Assembly: GCA_963746845.1 (NCBI GenBank)
Contig: CAVVCZ010000006.1
Coordinates: forward strand, 192,001 to 256,000
DNA length: 64,000 nucleotides
Direction: 5' to 3'
From: an uncultured Chloroflexia bacterium
Lineage (GTDB): Bacteria > Chloroflexota > Limnocylindria > Limnocylindrales > CSP1-4
Shown here piece after piece: positions 48,932-60,840 of this stretch. A model generated the notes under the pieces. That model was not told where the DNA came from and ran no database searches. It saw only the letters and a list, made by a program, of their open reading frames with translations. Position numbers and translations under genes: made by a program. The stretch's first letter is position 1, and each line of letters starts with the position of its first letter.

Positions 48932-50025
48932 GCGCGAACCTCCTGGTGCTCGACCCGATCGAGCAGGGCCTGGACATCGTCCTCCACGCGGATCGCCCCG
49001 GCGAGATGGGCCCATACGCCGTCCGCCACGATCGTACCGTCCGACGCACCGCCGATCGCGGGCGCGGCCTCCACGACCAGGTGCCCGTCCAGCGGGCGGA
49101 TGACGAGGTCGTCGGGCCCGAGCGCGATGGTCTCGCCACCCTGGACGACCCGGCCCGTCACGCCGGAGGCGCGATCTCCGGCCAGGACCCCGAGCAGGGC
49201 CGTCCATCCGCCGATGTCGTTCCAGCCGACGTCCATCCCGCCCATGACGACCTGGTGGTCGGATGCCGCTCCCTCCATGACCGCCTTGTCGATCGAGATC
49301 GGGGTGATCCGGTCGTACGCGTTCTGGAGCGCCAGGTCCGAGCCGACGGCCTGGTCGATGAGCATCGGCAGCGGCGTGTACTTCTCGAGCGCCGCACGGA
49401 TCGCACCGCGCTGCCAGAGGAACATGCCGGCGTTCCACGAGACGTCGGGCATGCCGAGCAGCTGCACGGCCCGCGCCTCCGTGGGCTTCTCCTCGAACGC
49501 CTTGAGACGGTGGGCGGACAGACCGTGGATGTCGGCGCCGTGGAGCGGCTCCGGGACCAGGTAGCCATAGTCGGTCGACGGGAAGGTCGGCTGGATGCCC
49601 AGGGTCACGAGCGGCTCGGCGATGTCGAAGCACCCGGTCGCGAGACCGAGGGCCGCGTCGTTGATGACGCCCTGGAACACTGGCTCGTCAGCGATCCAGT
49701 GGTCGGCTGGCAGGACGACCATGACCTCGTCGCTCGGTCGCTCGATCATCCCGGCCGCGAGGGCGATCGCCGCCGCCGTGTTTCGTCCGGCCGGCTCGAC
49801 GATCAGGTTGATCGCGGGAACCTGCTCGCGGACGAGATGGCCGAACCTGCGATCCGCCACGCAGTAGATGTCGCGTGGCGAATCCACGAGCGGCAGGATC
49901 CGGGCAACGGTCCGCTGGAGGAGCGTCTCGTCGCCGAGGAGCGGCAGGTAGGGCTTCGGGCGGTCCGGGCGGCTCAACGGCCAGAGCCTCGTGCCGCCGC
50001 CCCCGGCCAGGATCACGACGTACAT
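48928..50025 (-). CDS. manC: mannose-1-phosphate guanylyltransferase
   Basis: ILAGGGGTRLWPLSR, EPAGRNTA, LPADH, FEEKP, WNAGMF, SIDKAVME. Confidence 0.9.
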   Translation of the reverse strand: MYVVILAGGGGTRLWPLSRPDRPKPYLPLLGDETLLQRTVARILPLVDSPRDIYCVADRRFGHLVREQVPAINLIVEPAGRNTAAAIALAAGMIERPSDEVMVVLPADHWIADEPVFQGVINDAALGLATGCFDIAEPLVTLGIQPTFPSTDYGYLVPEPLHGADIHGLSAHRLKAFEEKPTEARAVQLLGMPDVSWNAGMFLWQRGAIRAALEKYTPLPMLIDQAVGSDLALQNAYDRITPISIDKAVMEGAASDHQVVMGGMDVGWNDIGGWTALLGVLAGDRASGVTGRVVQGGETIALGPDDLVIRPLDGHLVVEAAPAIGGASDGTIVADGVWAHLAGAIRVEDDVQALLDRVEHQEVRA

Positions 50026-50049
50026 CGGGCTAGTGTCTCAGGTTGGATC

Positions 50050-50235
50050 GCCCGGGAGTCGCGGGCTCGCCGCTCCCTGGTTCATTCGACAGCCACGCCC
50101 ACTCCATCCAGTCGTGTGCGCCTCGGATCGCGCGAAACACGATCAACCGCCGCGCCGGCTGTCGGATGGGCGCGTCGGGACTGGTGCCCTGCCTGATGCG
50201 TCCGTGGCTGTCGTTGGAGCGAGAGTCCCGGCGAG
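50050..50235. repeat. long imperfect intergenic hairpin (REP-like element or ncRNA)
   Basis: Nested inverted repeats cgctcc/ggagcg, cgacagccacg (50087)/cgtggctgtcg (50203), ccagtc/gactgg. Confidence 0.55.
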
Positions 50236-50305
50236 GGACGACTGAAGTCGCGGATCAGAAGCTCGGCGTTGTCGAGCAGAACAGCACGACCGCCCGGCGC
50301 GCTCC

Positions 50306-51529
50306 TCAGGCGGCGGAGATCGGCTCCGGCTGGGCGACCCCGGCATCGGCCGCGAGGATCGCGGCCTTGTCGGTCCGCTCCCACGGCAGGTCGAGCTCCG
50401 GGCGTCCGAAGTGGCCGTACGCCGCGGTCTGCCGGTAGATCGGGCGGCGCAGGTCGAGCGCCGCGATGATCGCGGCCGGCCGGAGGTCGAAGTGGCGCTC
50501 GATCAGGCGCTGGATCTCCGCATCCGGGATCCGCCCGGTCCCGAACGACTCGACCGAGAACGAGATCGGCCGGGCGATCCCGATGCCGTAGGCGATCTCG
50601 ACCTCGAACCGGTCGGCAAGACCGGCGGCCACGACGTTCTTCGCGACCCACCGTGCGGCGTACGCGCCGGACCGGTCGACCTTCGTCGGATCCTTGCCGG
50701 AGAACGCGCCACCGCCATGACGGGCCATCCCGCCGTAGCTGTCGACGATGATCTTCCGGCCCGTCAGCCCGGCATCGCCCATCGGGCCGCCGGTGACGAA
50801 CCGGCCGGTCGGGTTGACGTGCATCACCGGGTCCGTGTCGCGCAGCTCCTGCGGGATCGACGGCAGGATCACCGCCTCGACGAGGTCGTCGTGGAGCTGG
50901 TCGGCCCGGACGTCGGGGTCGTGCTGGGCGGCGAGGACGACGGTCCGGACCGCCTTCGGGACGCCGTGCTGGTACTCGACGGTGATCTGGGTCTTGCCGT
51001 CCGGCCGGAGGTACGGCAGCTGGCCGGTCTTCCGCGCCGCGGCGAGCTTCTGGGCCATCCGGTGGGCCAGCGCGATCGGGAGCGGCATCAGCTCCTCGGT
51101 CTCGCGGCAGGCGAACCCGAACATCATCCCCTGGTCGCCCGCGCCGAGCTCGTTCGCGCCCCCGTCGTCACGGGCCTCGAGCGCCGCGTCGACGCCCTGC
51201 GCGATGTCCGGCGACTGGCCCTTGACCGAGATCAGCGTGCCGCAGGTCTGGTAGTCGAAGCCGTAGTCCGCCTTCGTGTAGCCGATGTCCCGAACGGTTT
51301 CGCGGACGATCGTCTGGAAGTCGACGTAGGTGTCGGTCGTGATCTCGCCGAGGACCACGACGAGGCCCGTCGTCGTGGCGGTTTCGCAGGCGACGCGGGC
51401 ATCCGGGTCCTCGCGCACGATCGCGTCGAGGATCGCGTCGGAGATCTGGTCGCACATCTTGTCCGGGTGACCCTCGGTCACCGATTCGGACGTGAAGAGG
51501 TACTGCGAAGCGTCGACGATGCTGGTCAT
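50306..51529 (-). CDS. metK: methionine adenosyltransferase
   Basis: [43 protein letters not shown]. Confidence 0.97.
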   Translation of the reverse strand: MTSIVDASQYLFTSESVTEGHPDKMCDQISDAILDAIVREDPDARVACETATTTGLVVVLGEITTDTYVDFQTIVRETVRDIGYTKADYGFDYQTCGTLISVKGQSPDIAQGVDAALEARDDGGANELGAGDQGMMFGFACRETEELMPLPIALAHRMAQKLAAARKTGQLPYLRPDGKTQITVEYQHGVPKAVRTVVLAAQHDPDVRADQLHDDLVEAVILPSIPQELRDTDPVMHVNPTGRFVTGGPMGDAGLTGRKIIVDSYGGMARHGGGAFSGKDPTKVDRSGAYAARWVAKNVVAAGLADRFEVEIAYGIGIARPISFSVESFGTGRIPDAEIQRLIERHFDLRPAAIIAALDLRRPIYRQTAAYGHFGRPELDLPWERTDKAAILAADAGVAQPEPISAA

Positions 51530-51592
51530 GGATCCCTCTGCGGCGTTCCCGCGAGGGTATCACCCGACGCGCCCGTCGCTAGACTCGGGCGA

Positions 51593-52846
51593 ATGGACAC
51601 CGAAGCCGTCGCGTCCGCCGCGACGGCGGTTCCCGCAGGCATCGACCCGGCCGCGCTCGACGCCGCCGACGTGCTCGCGCCGTTCCATCGGCGGTTCGTC
51701 GTGCCGGACCCGGAGCTCATCTACCTCGACGGGAACTCGCTGGGCCGGCCACCGCTGGCGGCGCTCGAACGACTCGCCCGCGTCGCGTCCGTGGAGTGGG
51801 CCGGCGAGCTGATCCGCGGCTGGGACCATTGGCTGGCCGAGCCACGACGGGTCGGCGACCTGCTCGGGACCGGGATCCTCGGGGCGAAGCCCGACGAGGT
51901 CGCGATCTGCGACTCGACGACGATCGACTTCTACCGGCTCGCGAGCGCGGCCCTGGACGCCCGGCCCGATCGACGCTTCATCGTCACGGACCGCTCGAAC
52001 TTCCCGACGGATCGCTACGTGCTGGAGGGCCTGGCCCGGGACCGGGGTCGCGAGATCGCCTGGCTCGACCCGGACGTCATCGACGGCCCGACGGTCGATG
52101 ACCTGACCGCCGTCCTGGCCCCCCATCCCGACGACGTCGCGCTCGTGACCCTGAGCCACGTCAACTACCGGTCCGCCGCGATCGCCGACCTTCCGGCGAT
52201 CACCGCGCTCGCCCACGACGCGGGGGCGCTCGTCGTGTGGGACCTGTCGCACTCGGGCGGGTCGATCCCGGTCGGGCTGGCGGAGCACGGCGTCGACCTG
52301 GCCGTGGGGTGCACGTACAAGTACCTGAACGGGGGCCCCGGTGCGCCCGCGTACCTCTACGTCCGGTCCGACCTGCAGACGGAGCTGCGGAACCCCATCC
52401 AGGGCTGGTTCGGGCAGGCCGAGCAGTTCGAGATGGGCCAGGGGTTCCGGGCGCAGCCGGGGATCGGCGGCTGGCTGACCGGCACGCCCGGGATCCTCGC
52501 GCTGGCGGTCGCCGAGGAGGGCATCCGGCTGACGGCCGAGGCCGGGATCGACCGGATCCGGGCGAAGGGGATCGCCCTGACCGAGTACGCGATCGCGTTG
52601 CACGACGCGATCCTGGCGCCGCTCGGGTTCACGCTCGGGAGCCCGCGCGACGCGACCCGACGCGGCGCGCACGTCTCGATCCGGCGGGCCGACGCGCGCG
52701 ACCTGACCCGCCGGATGATCGCCGCGGGCGTGATCCCGGACTTCCGCGCGCCCGACTCGATCCGCCTCGGGCTGTCGCCGCTCACGACGTCGTTCACGGA
52801 CGTCCGCCGCGCGTTCGACCGCATCGCGGAGCTCGCGGCGGTCTGA
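51593..52846 (+). CDS. kynU: kynureninase
   Basis: IYLDGNSLG, NFPTDRY, WDLSHSGG, GCTYKYLNGGPG. Confidence 0.92.
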   Translation: MDTEAVASAATAVPAGIDPAALDAADVLAPFHRRFVVPDPELIYLDGNSLGRPPLAALERLARVASVEWAGELIRGWDHWLAEPRRVGDLLGTGILGAKPDEVAICDSTTIDFYRLASAALDARPDRRFIVTDRSNFPTDRYVLEGLARDRGREIAWLDPDVIDGPTVDDLTAVLAPHPDDVALVTLSHVNYRSAAIADLPAITALAHDAGALVVWDLSHSGGSIPVGLAEHGVDLAVGCTYKYLNGGPGAPAYLYVRSDLQTELRNPIQGWFGQAEQFEMGQGFRAQPGIGGWLTGTPGILALAVAEEGIRLTAEAGIDRIRAKGIALTEYAIALHDAILAPLGFTLGSPRDATRRGAHVSIRRADARDLTRRMIAAGVIPDFRAPDSIRLGLSPLTTSFTDVRRAFDRIAELAAV

Positions 52847-52907
52847 ATCCCACCGAGGAACGGCGAGTGCTGGCACGTCTCGCACGCGACTGCGTTCGAC
52901 AGCCCTG

Positions 52908-54584
52908 CTAGACCTCCATCCTCAGCTCCTCGAGGTCCAGGTCGCGCTCGACGACGCGATACACCTCGTCCGAGATCGCGCCGCGCTCGCGCAGCGTCAG
53001 CAGCGCCTCGCGCTCGGCTTCCAGAACAGACGTCCGGATCTCGCGATGCTCGATCAGCTCCTGCTCGGCCTCCTCGTCCGCCTCCTCCGGGTGCTTGCGG
53101 ACCTGGGCATGGCGCGTGCGGTCGTCGTACTGGGCCTTGAGCCGGTCGATCAGCTCCATGTGGCCGGGCCACTCGGCGGCGAGCTGGTCGAGCCGGCCCA
53201 GCGCGGCGTCGGCCGCGACGAGCTGGGCGTAGGCCTCCTCGCGATCGGTGACCCCACGGCCGTCGTCGATCCCCAGCCGGTCGATCAGGAACGGGAGCGT
53301 CAGGCCTTGCCCGACGAGCGTCGCGAGGATGACCGCAAAGGTCAGGAAGATCACGAGGTTCCGGTCGGGAAACTCGATCGGCAGCGCGAGGGCGGCGGCC
53401 AGCGAGACCACGCCGCGCATTCCCGCCCAGGCGATCAGGGCGACGGCGCGCCGGGGCGGCGCCGGGTCGCGCTCGCGGATCTTCGCGCTCAGCAGGCGCG
53501 GAAGGTACGTCGCGGGGAAGACCCACACGATCCGGGCGAGGATCGTCGCGGCGGACACGGCGACGGCGAGCCCGATCAGCTCTGCGGGGCTGTACCCGGC
53601 GAGACCGGACAGGACCGTCGGCAGCTGCAGCCCGATGAGGATGAACACCGAGCCGTTGATCAGGAACAGGAGGATCTGCCAGGCCGACACGCCGGACAGG
53701 CGGACCTCGGAGCTCATCAGCCGGGGAGCCTTCCGACCGAGGTAGATCCCGGCCGCGACGGTGCACAGCACGCCGGACAGCTGGTACGGGAAGTTGACCG
53801 CGGCGAGGTATGCGACCAGGGGCGCGAGGAACGTCAGGACGACCGAGAAGACCGGGTCGTTGACCCGGCCCACCGCCCAGGCCGTCACGGCCCCGATCGC
53901 GAGACCGAGAAGGATCCCGCCGACCGAGGCGACGACGAACGTCGAGCCGGCGTCGACCAGCGAGAAGCCGCCGACCGTCCCGGCGATCACGGCGAACCGG
54001 TAGGCGACGAGCGCCGTCGCGTCGTTCAGGAGGGACTCGCCCTCGAGGATCGTCACGATCCGGCGCGGCACGCCGAGCCGCTCGAACACGGTCGTGGCGG
54101 CGACGGCGTCCGGTGGCGCCACGATCGCGCCGAGGGCGAAGGCGGCCGCCAGCGGCAGGTCTGGCACCAGCGCCTGTGCGACGGCCGCGACGACCACGGT
54201 CGTGAACAGGACCAGCCCGACCGCCAGCAGGAGGATCGGCCGGAGGTTCGCCCGCAGGTCGCGGATCGAGGTGAAGAAGCCGGCCCCGAACAGGATCGGC
54301 GGCAGGAAGAGCAGGAAGACGACATCCGGCGCGAGCTCGACCGTCGGCAGCCCCGGGATGAACCCGATCGCGAGGCCGCCGAGGACCAGGAGGATCGGGT
54401 ACGGGATGCCGAGCCGCCGCGCGACGATCGCGAGCGCGGTCGCCGCGATGAGCAGCGCCAGGAGCAGCTCGATCGAGGCGCTCGCGCTCCCGTCGGTCAG
54501 GCCCGCGGCGAGACCCGGCCCGGGTCCGACCGTCGTCGGTGAGGCGATCGCCGCGACCGAGGCGAGGAACGTGCTGCCGATCAC
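52908..54584 (-). CDS. Na+/H+ antiporter (CPA1 family)
   Basis: FLPPILF, APPDAVA, EGESLLNDA, WAGMRGVVSLAAAL, QGLTL, DLDLEE. Confidence 0.92.
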   Translation of the reverse strand: MIGSTFLASVAAIASPTTVGPGPGLAAGLTDGSASASIELLLALLIAATALAIVARRLGIPYPILLVLGGLAIGFIPGLPTVELAPDVVFLLFLPPILFGAGFFTSIRDLRANLRPILLLAVGLVLFTTVVVAAVAQALVPDLPLAAAFALGAIVAPPDAVAATTVFERLGVPRRIVTILEGESLLNDATALVAYRFAVIAGTVGGFSLVDAGSTFVVASVGGILLGLAIGAVTAWAVGRVNDPVFSVVLTFLAPLVAYLAAVNFPYQLSGVLCTVAAGIYLGRKAPRLMSSEVRLSGVSAWQILLFLINGSVFILIGLQLPTVLSGLAGYSPAELIGLAVAVSAATILARIVWVFPATYLPRLLSAKIRERDPAPPRRAVALIAWAGMRGVVSLAAALALPIEFPDRNLVIFLTFAVILATLVGQGLTLPFLIDRLGIDDGRGVTDREEAYAQLVAADAALGRLDQLAAEWPGHMELIDRLKAQYDDRTRHAQVRKHPEEADEEAEQELIEHREIRTSVLEAEREALLTLRERGAISDEVYRVVERDLDLEELRMEV

Positions 54585-56563
54585 CCTCGGGGGCCGGACC
54601 CGCCCGTCGCGGCGGCGCCTTCGCCGAGGAACGCGACGTCGATCGGCTCGATCGGATCGGCGGGGACGAACCCGAAGACCTGCCCGTAGAACGACAGCTC
54701 GGTCTCGAACGCGCGGATGATGCTGGATGCCGCGCGGAACCCGTGGTCCTCGCCGGGGAACACGACGTAGGCGTGGGGCAGGTGGCGCTCCCACAGGACG
54801 TCGACGATCTGCTCCGCCTGGGCCGGCGGGACGATCCGGTCCTCGGCGCCCTGGAGGATCAGGACCGGGCACGAGATCCGCTCGGCGTAGTTCAGCGGCG
54901 AGCGGTCGTGGTACAGGTCCTTGCGCTCCGGGTACGGCCCGATCAGCCGGTCGAGGTAGCGCGACTCGAACTTGTGGGTCTCCTTGATGAACGTCTCGAG
55001 GTCGCCGATCCCGAAGTAGCTGGTGCCCGCGGAGAACGCGTCGCTGAACGTGACCGCGCAGAGGGTCGTGTAGCCGCTCGCACTACCGCCCCGGATCGCG
55101 AGCCGGTCACCGTCGACGATCCCTCGCTCGGCGAGCCAGCGGGCACCGGCGACGCAATCGGCGAGGTCGACGACGCCCCACTCCCCCTCGAGGCGCTTGC
55201 GATAGTCGCGGCCGTAGCCGGTCGAGCCGCCGTAGTCGACATCGAGCACGGCGAACCCGCGGCTCGTGAACAGCTGGACGGGCACCGAGAAGGCCGTCGA
55301 CGCCTCCGCGGTCGGGCCACCGTGGCTCGTGACGATCAGTGGCGGCAGCTCGCCGTCCGGACCGTGGGCCGTGCGGTTGACCGGCCGATAGAGGAAGCCG
55401 TACGCCGTCCGATCGCCGTCGGTCGGGAACTCGACCGGCTCGCAGGCGGCGAGGTCGGCCGGGTCGTACCGGATCGTGGTGGACGGCTTGAGCTCGCGGG
55501 TCGTGCCGGTCGCCAGGTCCAGCTCGACGATCGCCCACGGCCGGTCCGGCGCGGCCGCCCGAAAGACCGCGGCATCCCCGTCCGTCGCGACGTAGCTGAT
55601 CTCGGTGAACGGCAGGTCGATCAGTGTGGCGGCCCCATCCGTCGCGATCCGGTAGAGCCGGTCGCGCCCGCCGCTCCGACCCACGGCGAGGATCGACCCG
55701 TCGTCGACGAACGCGAAGTTCGCCAGCTGGAACACCCAGTCCGCGAACGCGAACTCGGCCTGCACCGGCACGCTCGCCCGCTGGACGACCTCCCCCGGAC
55801 CGAGCCGGAACAGGTTCATCCAGCCGTCCGGCTCGGCGACGAAGTGGAGGACGCCGGCCGGCGACCAGCGCGGCTGGGCGATCCAATCCGACGGGCTGCC
55901 GGCGACGACCCGCGCGCCCACGGGCCGCCCGGCGGCGTCGAGGCTGGCGAGGACCAGCTCGGTCCCGTCCCACGGCAGATTCGGGTGGTCCCAGCGCAGC
56001 CAGGCGAGCCGCGATCCGTCCGGCGAGAGCCGCGGCGACGAGAAGAAGTCGAAGCCGTCCGCGAGGACCGTCACCTCGCCGCTCGCGAGATCGATCGAGA
56101 CGACGGCGTTCTCGGCCTCGCCATGACGGGCCAGCGTGTCCGGGTCGTGATCCTCGCGGATCGCCAGGATCCGGTTCCGGTCGCGATCGACGCCCAGATC
56201 GGCGAAGCGCCACGCCCGCCCGTCGGGCGTCAGCGGCTCGAGGACGCCGGGTGCGGTCACCCTGTGGAGCCGCCCCGTCGCGAAGTCGGACACGACCACG
56301 AGGTCGCCCTCGATGAGGTACGCCCCGCCGCCGTACTCGTGGACGCGACATCGCGCATTGAACCCCTCCGGTGTCAGACGCGTCTCGGTGCCGTCCGTCT
56401 CGCGCCGGACGAGGACCTGCCGGCCGCCCTCCTCGGGGCGGCCCTCGAGCCACGAGCGCCGGCCGGCCGCGGCCCCGATCTCGGCGAACGAGACGGTCCC
56501 CTTGGTCAGCAGCTCGATCGCGAACGGCGATGGCCAGGCCCCGAACGGGACCGCGGAGCTCAC
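54581..56563 (-). CDS. S9 family serine peptidase
   Basis: [37 protein letters not shown]. Confidence 0.92.
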   Translation of the reverse strand: MSSAVPFGAWPSPFAIELLTKGTVSFAEIGAAAGRRSWLEGRPEEGGRQVLVRRETDGTETRLTPEGFNARCRVHEYGGGAYLIEGDLVVVSDFATGRLHRVTAPGVLEPLTPDGRAWRFADLGVDRDRNRILAIREDHDPDTLARHGEAENAVVSIDLASGEVTVLADGFDFFSSPRLSPDGSRLAWLRWDHPNLPWDGTELVLASLDAAGRPVGARVVAGSPSDWIAQPRWSPAGVLHFVAEPDGWMNLFRLGPGEVVQRASVPVQAEFAFADWVFQLANFAFVDDGSILAVGRSGGRDRLYRIATDGAATLIDLPFTEISYVATDGDAAVFRAAAPDRPWAIVELDLATGTTRELKPSTTIRYDPADLAACEPVEFPTDGDRTAYGFLYRPVNRTAHGPDGELPPLIVTSHGGPTAEASTAFSVPVQLFTSRGFAVLDVDYGGSTGYGRDYRKRLEGEWGVVDLADCVAGARWLAERGIVDGDRLAIRGGSASGYTTLCAVTFSDAFSAGTSYFGIGDLETFIKETHKFESRYLDRLIGPYPERKDLYHDRSPLNYAERISCPVLILQGAEDRIVPPAQAEQIVDVLWERHLPHAYVVFPGEDHGFRAASSIIRAFETELSFYGQVFGFVPADPIEPIDVAFLGEGAAATGGSGPRG

Positions 56564-57852
56564 GTCCCGTGCTGCCACGAGGACACGTAGGCCTTCTGCT
56601 CCGGGGTCATGTCGTCGAGGGTGATCCCGAGCGCCGCGAGCTTCAGCCGAGCCACCTCGGCGTCGATCGCCTCGGGGACCACGTAGACCCGCGGCTCCAG
56701 CTCCGCGTGGTGGATCGCCACGTACTCCGCGGACAAGGCCTGGTTCGCGAAGCTCATGTCCATGACGGCGGCCGGGTGGCCTTCGGCCGCGCCGAGGTTC
56801 ACGAGCCGGCCCTCGGCGATGAGGTTGACCTTCTTGCCGCCGAGGTCGAACTCCTGGACGTTCTCGCGCGCGTCGCGAACATGCCCCTCGGCCATCTCGC
56901 GGAGCGCCTTCAGGTCCAGCTCCGCGTCGAAGTGGCCGGAGTTGGCCATGATCGCCCCGTCGCGCATCGCCGCGAAGTGCTCGCGGCGGAACACGTTCAG
57001 GTTGCCGGTCGCGGTCACGAACAGCTCGCCCCACGGAGCGGCGTCCGCCGCGGTCATCACCTGGAACCCGTCCATCAGCGCCTCGAGCGCGCGGACCGGG
57101 TCGACCTCGATGATCGCCACATGGGCGCCCATCCCGTGCATCCGGGAGGCGATCCCGCGGCCCACCCAGCCATAGCCCGCGATGACGACGTTCCGCCCGG
57201 CGAGGAGGATGTTCGTCGCGCGGAGGATCCCGTCGACGGTGCTCTGGCCGGTGCCGTAGCGGTTGTCGAACAGGTGCTTCGTGAGCGCCTCGTTCACCGC
57301 GACGACCGGGAAGCCGAGCGCACCGTCCGCGGCCATCGCCTTGAGCCGGATGACGCCGGTCGTCGTCTCTTCCGTCCCGGCGAGGACCTCGGGCACCTGC
57401 CCGGGCCGCTCGCTGTGGAGCAGCGACACGAGGTCGCAGCCGTCGTCCATCGTGATCTGCGGCCGCGTGTCCGCGACGCTGTTGAGGTGCGCGTAGTACG
57501 TGTCGCGGTCCTCGCCCCGGCGGGCGAACGTTGCGATCCCGTACTCGGCGACGAGCGCGGCCGCGACGTCGTCCTTCGTGGACAACGGGTTCGAGGCCGC
57601 GAGCACGACCTCCGCGCCGCCGGCCTTGAGGGTCCGCATCAGGTTCGCGGTCTCGGTGGTGACGTGAAGGCATGCCCCGATCCGCAGGCCGGCCAGCGGC
57701 TGCTCCCGGGCGAACCGCTCGCGGATCAGGCGGAGGACGGGCATCTCGCGCTCCGCCCACTCGATCCGCCGGACGCCCTCGGCCGCCAGGCCGAGATCGG
57801 TCACGTCGTGAGCGGGCAGCCCGATCGCGGGCACAATCTGGGTATCGGTCAT
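56560..57852 (-). CDS. ahcY: adenosylhomocysteinase
   Basis: [45 protein letters not shown]. Confidence 0.96.
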   Translation of the reverse strand: MTDTQIVPAIGLPAHDVTDLGLAAEGVRRIEWAEREMPVLRLIRERFAREQPLAGLRIGACLHVTTETANLMRTLKAGGAEVVLAASNPLSTKDDVAAALVAEYGIATFARRGEDRDTYYAHLNSVADTRPQITMDDGCDLVSLLHSERPGQVPEVLAGTEETTTGVIRLKAMAADGALGFPVVAVNEALTKHLFDNRYGTGQSTVDGILRATNILLAGRNVVIAGYGWVGRGIASRMHGMGAHVAIIEVDPVRALEALMDGFQVMTAADAAPWGELFVTATGNLNVFRREHFAAMRDGAIMANSGHFDAELDLKALREMAEGHVRDARENVQEFDLGGKKVNLIAEGRLVNLGAAEGHPAAVMDMSFANQALSAEYVAIHHAELEPRVYVVPEAIDAEVARLKLAALGITLDDMTPEQKAYVSSWQHGT

Positions 57853-58721
57853 CGAGGATCGTTCTCCCTGCGGGTGAAGAAGCGTCGGAGCGGGCCGGTG
57901 AAGCTCGGCCAGGGCGAGCCGAGCCGGTGGGCGAGGCGCTCCTCGAACCGGACATGCTCGGCGTAGCCCAGGCGCTGGTAGGCCTGGAGGGCGGGCGGGT
58001 TGTCGGAGCGGACGTTGAGGACGACCTGGTCGCAGGTCCGGAGCAGCTCCGCGGTGACGGCCCCGGTGACGGCCGTCGCGAAACCGCGTCCACGATAGTC
58101 GACATGGGTCAGAACGTTGCCGACGACCGCCAGCCGGCCGCGCGGACTGATGACGTGGGTCCCCGCGGCGGCCACGAGCCGGCCCCCGACGCGGATCCCG
58201 AAGTAGACCCCGTCGCCGATCGCCGACGACGGGAGCCACGAGGCGAACCCGAGCTGGTAGAGCCGGTTCAGCTCGCCGATGTCGATCGGCAGGAGACGCC
58301 GGACGTCCGCCGGGTACGGCCGGAACCGCGTCCGGTCGACCCACATCCGGACCATCTGGGGGCCCGGGTCCAGCCGGTACGACGTCCGGACGGCCTCCAC
58401 GGATTCCGGCAGGACGGCGACGTAGGCGGCGCGCGGCCGGACGACGTCGCGGAGCACCGCCTCGATCCCGTCGGAGCGACCCATCACGAACAGCGGCTGG
58501 GGCGTCAGCCCGGAGTATTCGAGGGCGAGGGCGACGAGCCGGTCGCCGTCGAACGCGCCGCCCCAGCGGGTCTTCCCGAACTCCCGGTCCTCGAGATCGC
58601 AGATCGCATAGGCGGCCATCAGCCGGTCCGTCTCGAGGAACGCCCGGAGCTGGGTCCGGTCGTTGATCGTCCGCGTCGACAGGCCGTGGGTCCGGCTCCT
58701 CGTCGCGGTAACGCTGGCCAT
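57849..58721 (-). CDS. GNAT family N-acetyltransferase (FR47-like C-terminal domain)
   Basis: [35 protein letters not shown]. Confidence 0.88.
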   Translation of the reverse strand: MASVTATRSRTHGLSTRTINDRTQLRAFLETDRLMAAYAICDLEDREFGKTRWGGAFDGDRLVALALEYSGLTPQPLFVMGRSDGIEAVLRDVVRPRAAYVAVLPESVEAVRTSYRLDPGPQMVRMWVDRTRFRPYPADVRRLLPIDIGELNRLYQLGFASWLPSSAIGDGVYFGIRVGGRLVAAAGTHVISPRGRLAVVGNVLTHVDYRGRGFATAVTGAVTAELLRTCDQVVLNVRSDNPPALQAYQRLGYAEHVRFEERLAHRLGSPWPSFTGPLRRFFTRRENDPR

Positions 58722-60163
58722 CAGCCGGCCGCCTGGACAGGGGGCAGGGCCGTGGGCGACGGCACGGGTGCCGTCGTGGGCACTGCCACGGAGCGTGAGG
58801 AGGCCCAGCGGGCCGTCGCCGCGGCCACGGCATCAGCGAGCCCCGCCGCGAACGGCGGCCGGACGACGCCCTCCTCGGTGACGATCCCGGTGATCAGCTC
58901 GGCGGGGGTGACATCGAACGACGGATTGCGGACCTCCGTGCCGGCCGGCGCGATCAGGACGCCGCGGATCCGGAGGACCTCGTCCGCCGGTCGCTCCTCG
59001 ATCTCGATCGCGTCGCCGTCGGCCGTCGCGAGATCGATCGAGGTCGTCGGCGCACAGACGAAGAACGGGATGCCGTGCCGCGCGGCCAGGACCGCGAGCG
59101 GATACGTCCCGACCTTGTTCGCCGTGTCCCCGTTCGCCGCGACCCGGTCCGCGCCGACGAGCACGACGTCGACCTCGCCGCCGCGCATCAGCGAGCCCGC
59201 AGCGACGTCCGGGATCAGCGTGTGCGGCACGCCGGCCTGCTCCAGCTCCCAGGCCGTGAGGCGCGCGCCCTGGAGGTAGGGCCGCGTCTCGTCGACCCAG
59301 ACGCTGATCTCGCGACCGGCGTGGTGGGCGGCCTGGACGATCCCGAGGGCGGTCCCGAACTGGCCGCAGGCGAGCGGCCCGGTGTTGCAGTGGGTGAGGA
59401 TCCGGAGCGGCCCGAACTCGCGGGTCGGGAGGGCCTCGAGCCCGAACTCGGCGAGGCGCCCGTGGTCGGTCGTGGCCTCGGAGACGATCGCATCGGCCTC
59501 GGCTCGGAGCGCGGCCGCCACCATCGCCCCGTCCTCGGTCAGGTCGCCGACCGCCTCGTAGCGGGCGATCATCCGGTCCACCGCCCAGCCGAGGTTCACG
59601 GCGGTCGGCCGGGCGGCTCGCAGCGCCGACGCCGCACCGCGCAGGATCGCCCGGCGCGCGTAGGGCATCGTGTCGCGGGCTCGCTCGGCGGACAGCGCGA
59701 GACCGATCGCCGCGACCTGCCCGATCGCCGGCGCACCCCGGACGACCATCTGGCGGATCGCGTTGGCGGCCTCGGGACCGTTGTGGACCTCGACCTCGAC
59801 GAGCTCGTCCGGGAGGCGCCGCTGGTCGATCAGCAGGAGCACGCCGTTGTCCTCGCGGAACGGCGTCCGGAAGCCGGTCGGCGGTCCGGACGGGACCGGC
59901 GCGCTTCCGGGCGGGGCCGTCGCGTCACCCTCGCGGAGCGACGCGTTCACGGGATCGAGGATCGCCCCGGCCGCCTCCGCGGATGCTCGCTGGAGCGCCT
60001 GCGCGGCACCGGCGACGGTCGCCGCCGTCTGGATCAGCTCGCCGGCGAACTGCCGGAAGAACCGCCGACGCGCGAGGTCGACCTCCTCGACGGGCTCGGC
60101 CGCGTCGGCGGTCCCGGCCGGGTCGGCGGGGACAGGTTCGGGATCGCGCGTCGGGTCGGCCAA
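58721..60163 (-). CDS. mtnA: S-methyl-5-thioribose-1-phosphate isomerase with ~100-aa N-terminal extension
   Basis: [56 protein letters not shown]. Confidence 0.92.
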   Translation of the reverse strand: MADPTRDPEPVPADPAGTADAAEPVEEVDLARRRFFRQFAGELIQTAATVAGAAQALQRASAEAAGAILDPVNASLREGDATAPPGSAPVPSGPPTGFRTPFREDNGVLLLIDQRRLPDELVEVEVHNGPEAANAIRQMVVRGAPAIGQVAAIGLALSAERARDTMPYARRAILRGAASALRAARPTAVNLGWAVDRMIARYEAVGDLTEDGAMVAAALRAEADAIVSEATTDHGRLAEFGLEALPTREFGPLRILTHCNTGPLACGQFGTALGIVQAAHHAGREISVWVDETRPYLQGARLTAWELEQAGVPHTLIPDVAAGSLMRGGEVDVVLVGADRVAANGDTANKVGTYPLAVLAARHGIPFFVCAPTTSIDLATADGDAIEIEERPADEVLRIRGVLIAPAGTEVRNPSFDVTPAELITGIVTEEGVVRPPFAAGLADAVAAATARWASSRSVAVPTTAPVPSPTALPPVQAAG

Positions 60164-60211
60164 TGCGGTCTCGCTGTGGTCAGTCGGGAGCGTCGACGGC
60201 CGGCGTCCGGG

Positions 60212-60733
60212 TCAGTACTGGATGACGCTGGTGACCCGGCGCCCGTCGAGCCGGTCGCGGCCCTTCAGGAAGTCGAGCTCGACGAGGAACGCGAGACCCA
60301 CGACGTTGCCCTTCAGTCGCTCGACCAGCTCGATCGTGCCCTTGACCGTCCCGCCGGTCGCGAGCAGGTCGTCCACGATCAGGACCTTCTGGCCCGGCTC
60401 GATCGCGTCGCGGTGGATCTCGAGCGTGTTCGATCCGTATTCGAGCGCGTACTCGACCGTGATCGTCTCCGCCGGCAGCTTGCCCAGCTTGCGAACCGGC
60501 ACGAGCCCGGCCTTCAGCTGGTAGGCCATCGCGGAGCTGAAGATGAAGCCACGCGACTCCATGCCGACGACGATGTCGATCTGCTCGCCCTCGTAGGGCT
60601 TGAGCATCAGGTCGATCGCCTCGCGATACGCCGCCTTGTCCTTCAGCAGCGTCGTGATGTCATAGAAGAGGATCCCGGGCTTCGGGAAGTCAGGGATCTC
60701 GCGGATCTTTGCGCGAAGCTCCTCGGCGGACAT
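60212..60733 (-). CDS. apt: adenine phosphoribosyltransferase
   Basis: IPDFPKPGILFYDITTLL, ESRGF, YALEYG, IVDDLLATGGT. Confidence 0.96.
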   Translation of the reverse strand: MSAEELRAKIREIPDFPKPGILFYDITTLLKDKAAYREAIDLMLKPYEGEQIDIVVGMESRGFIFSSAMAYQLKAGLVPVRKLGKLPAETITVEYALEYGSNTLEIHRDAIEPGQKVLIVDDLLATGGTVKGTIELVERLKGNVVGLAFLVELDFLKGRDRLDGRRVTSVIQY

Positions 60734-60840
60734 CGGCGCGCGTTCCTCCAGGTGGGCAAGGCCCGGTGCAGGTCCCGATCGGACGGTGCGCAAGTCTACC
60801 CCTCCGGGACCGTGCTGCGAACCCGTCGGTCAGGACCGGA

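Noticed and set aside
51530-51592. SAM riboswitch upstream of metK
   Set aside because: The gap is only ~60 nt, holds divergent promoters, and shows no SAM-I/II consensus.
60734-60840. SAH riboswitch upstream of the apt-mtnA-ahcY operon
   Set aside because: The conserved GAGGAGCG...CAGGCUC core was not found.
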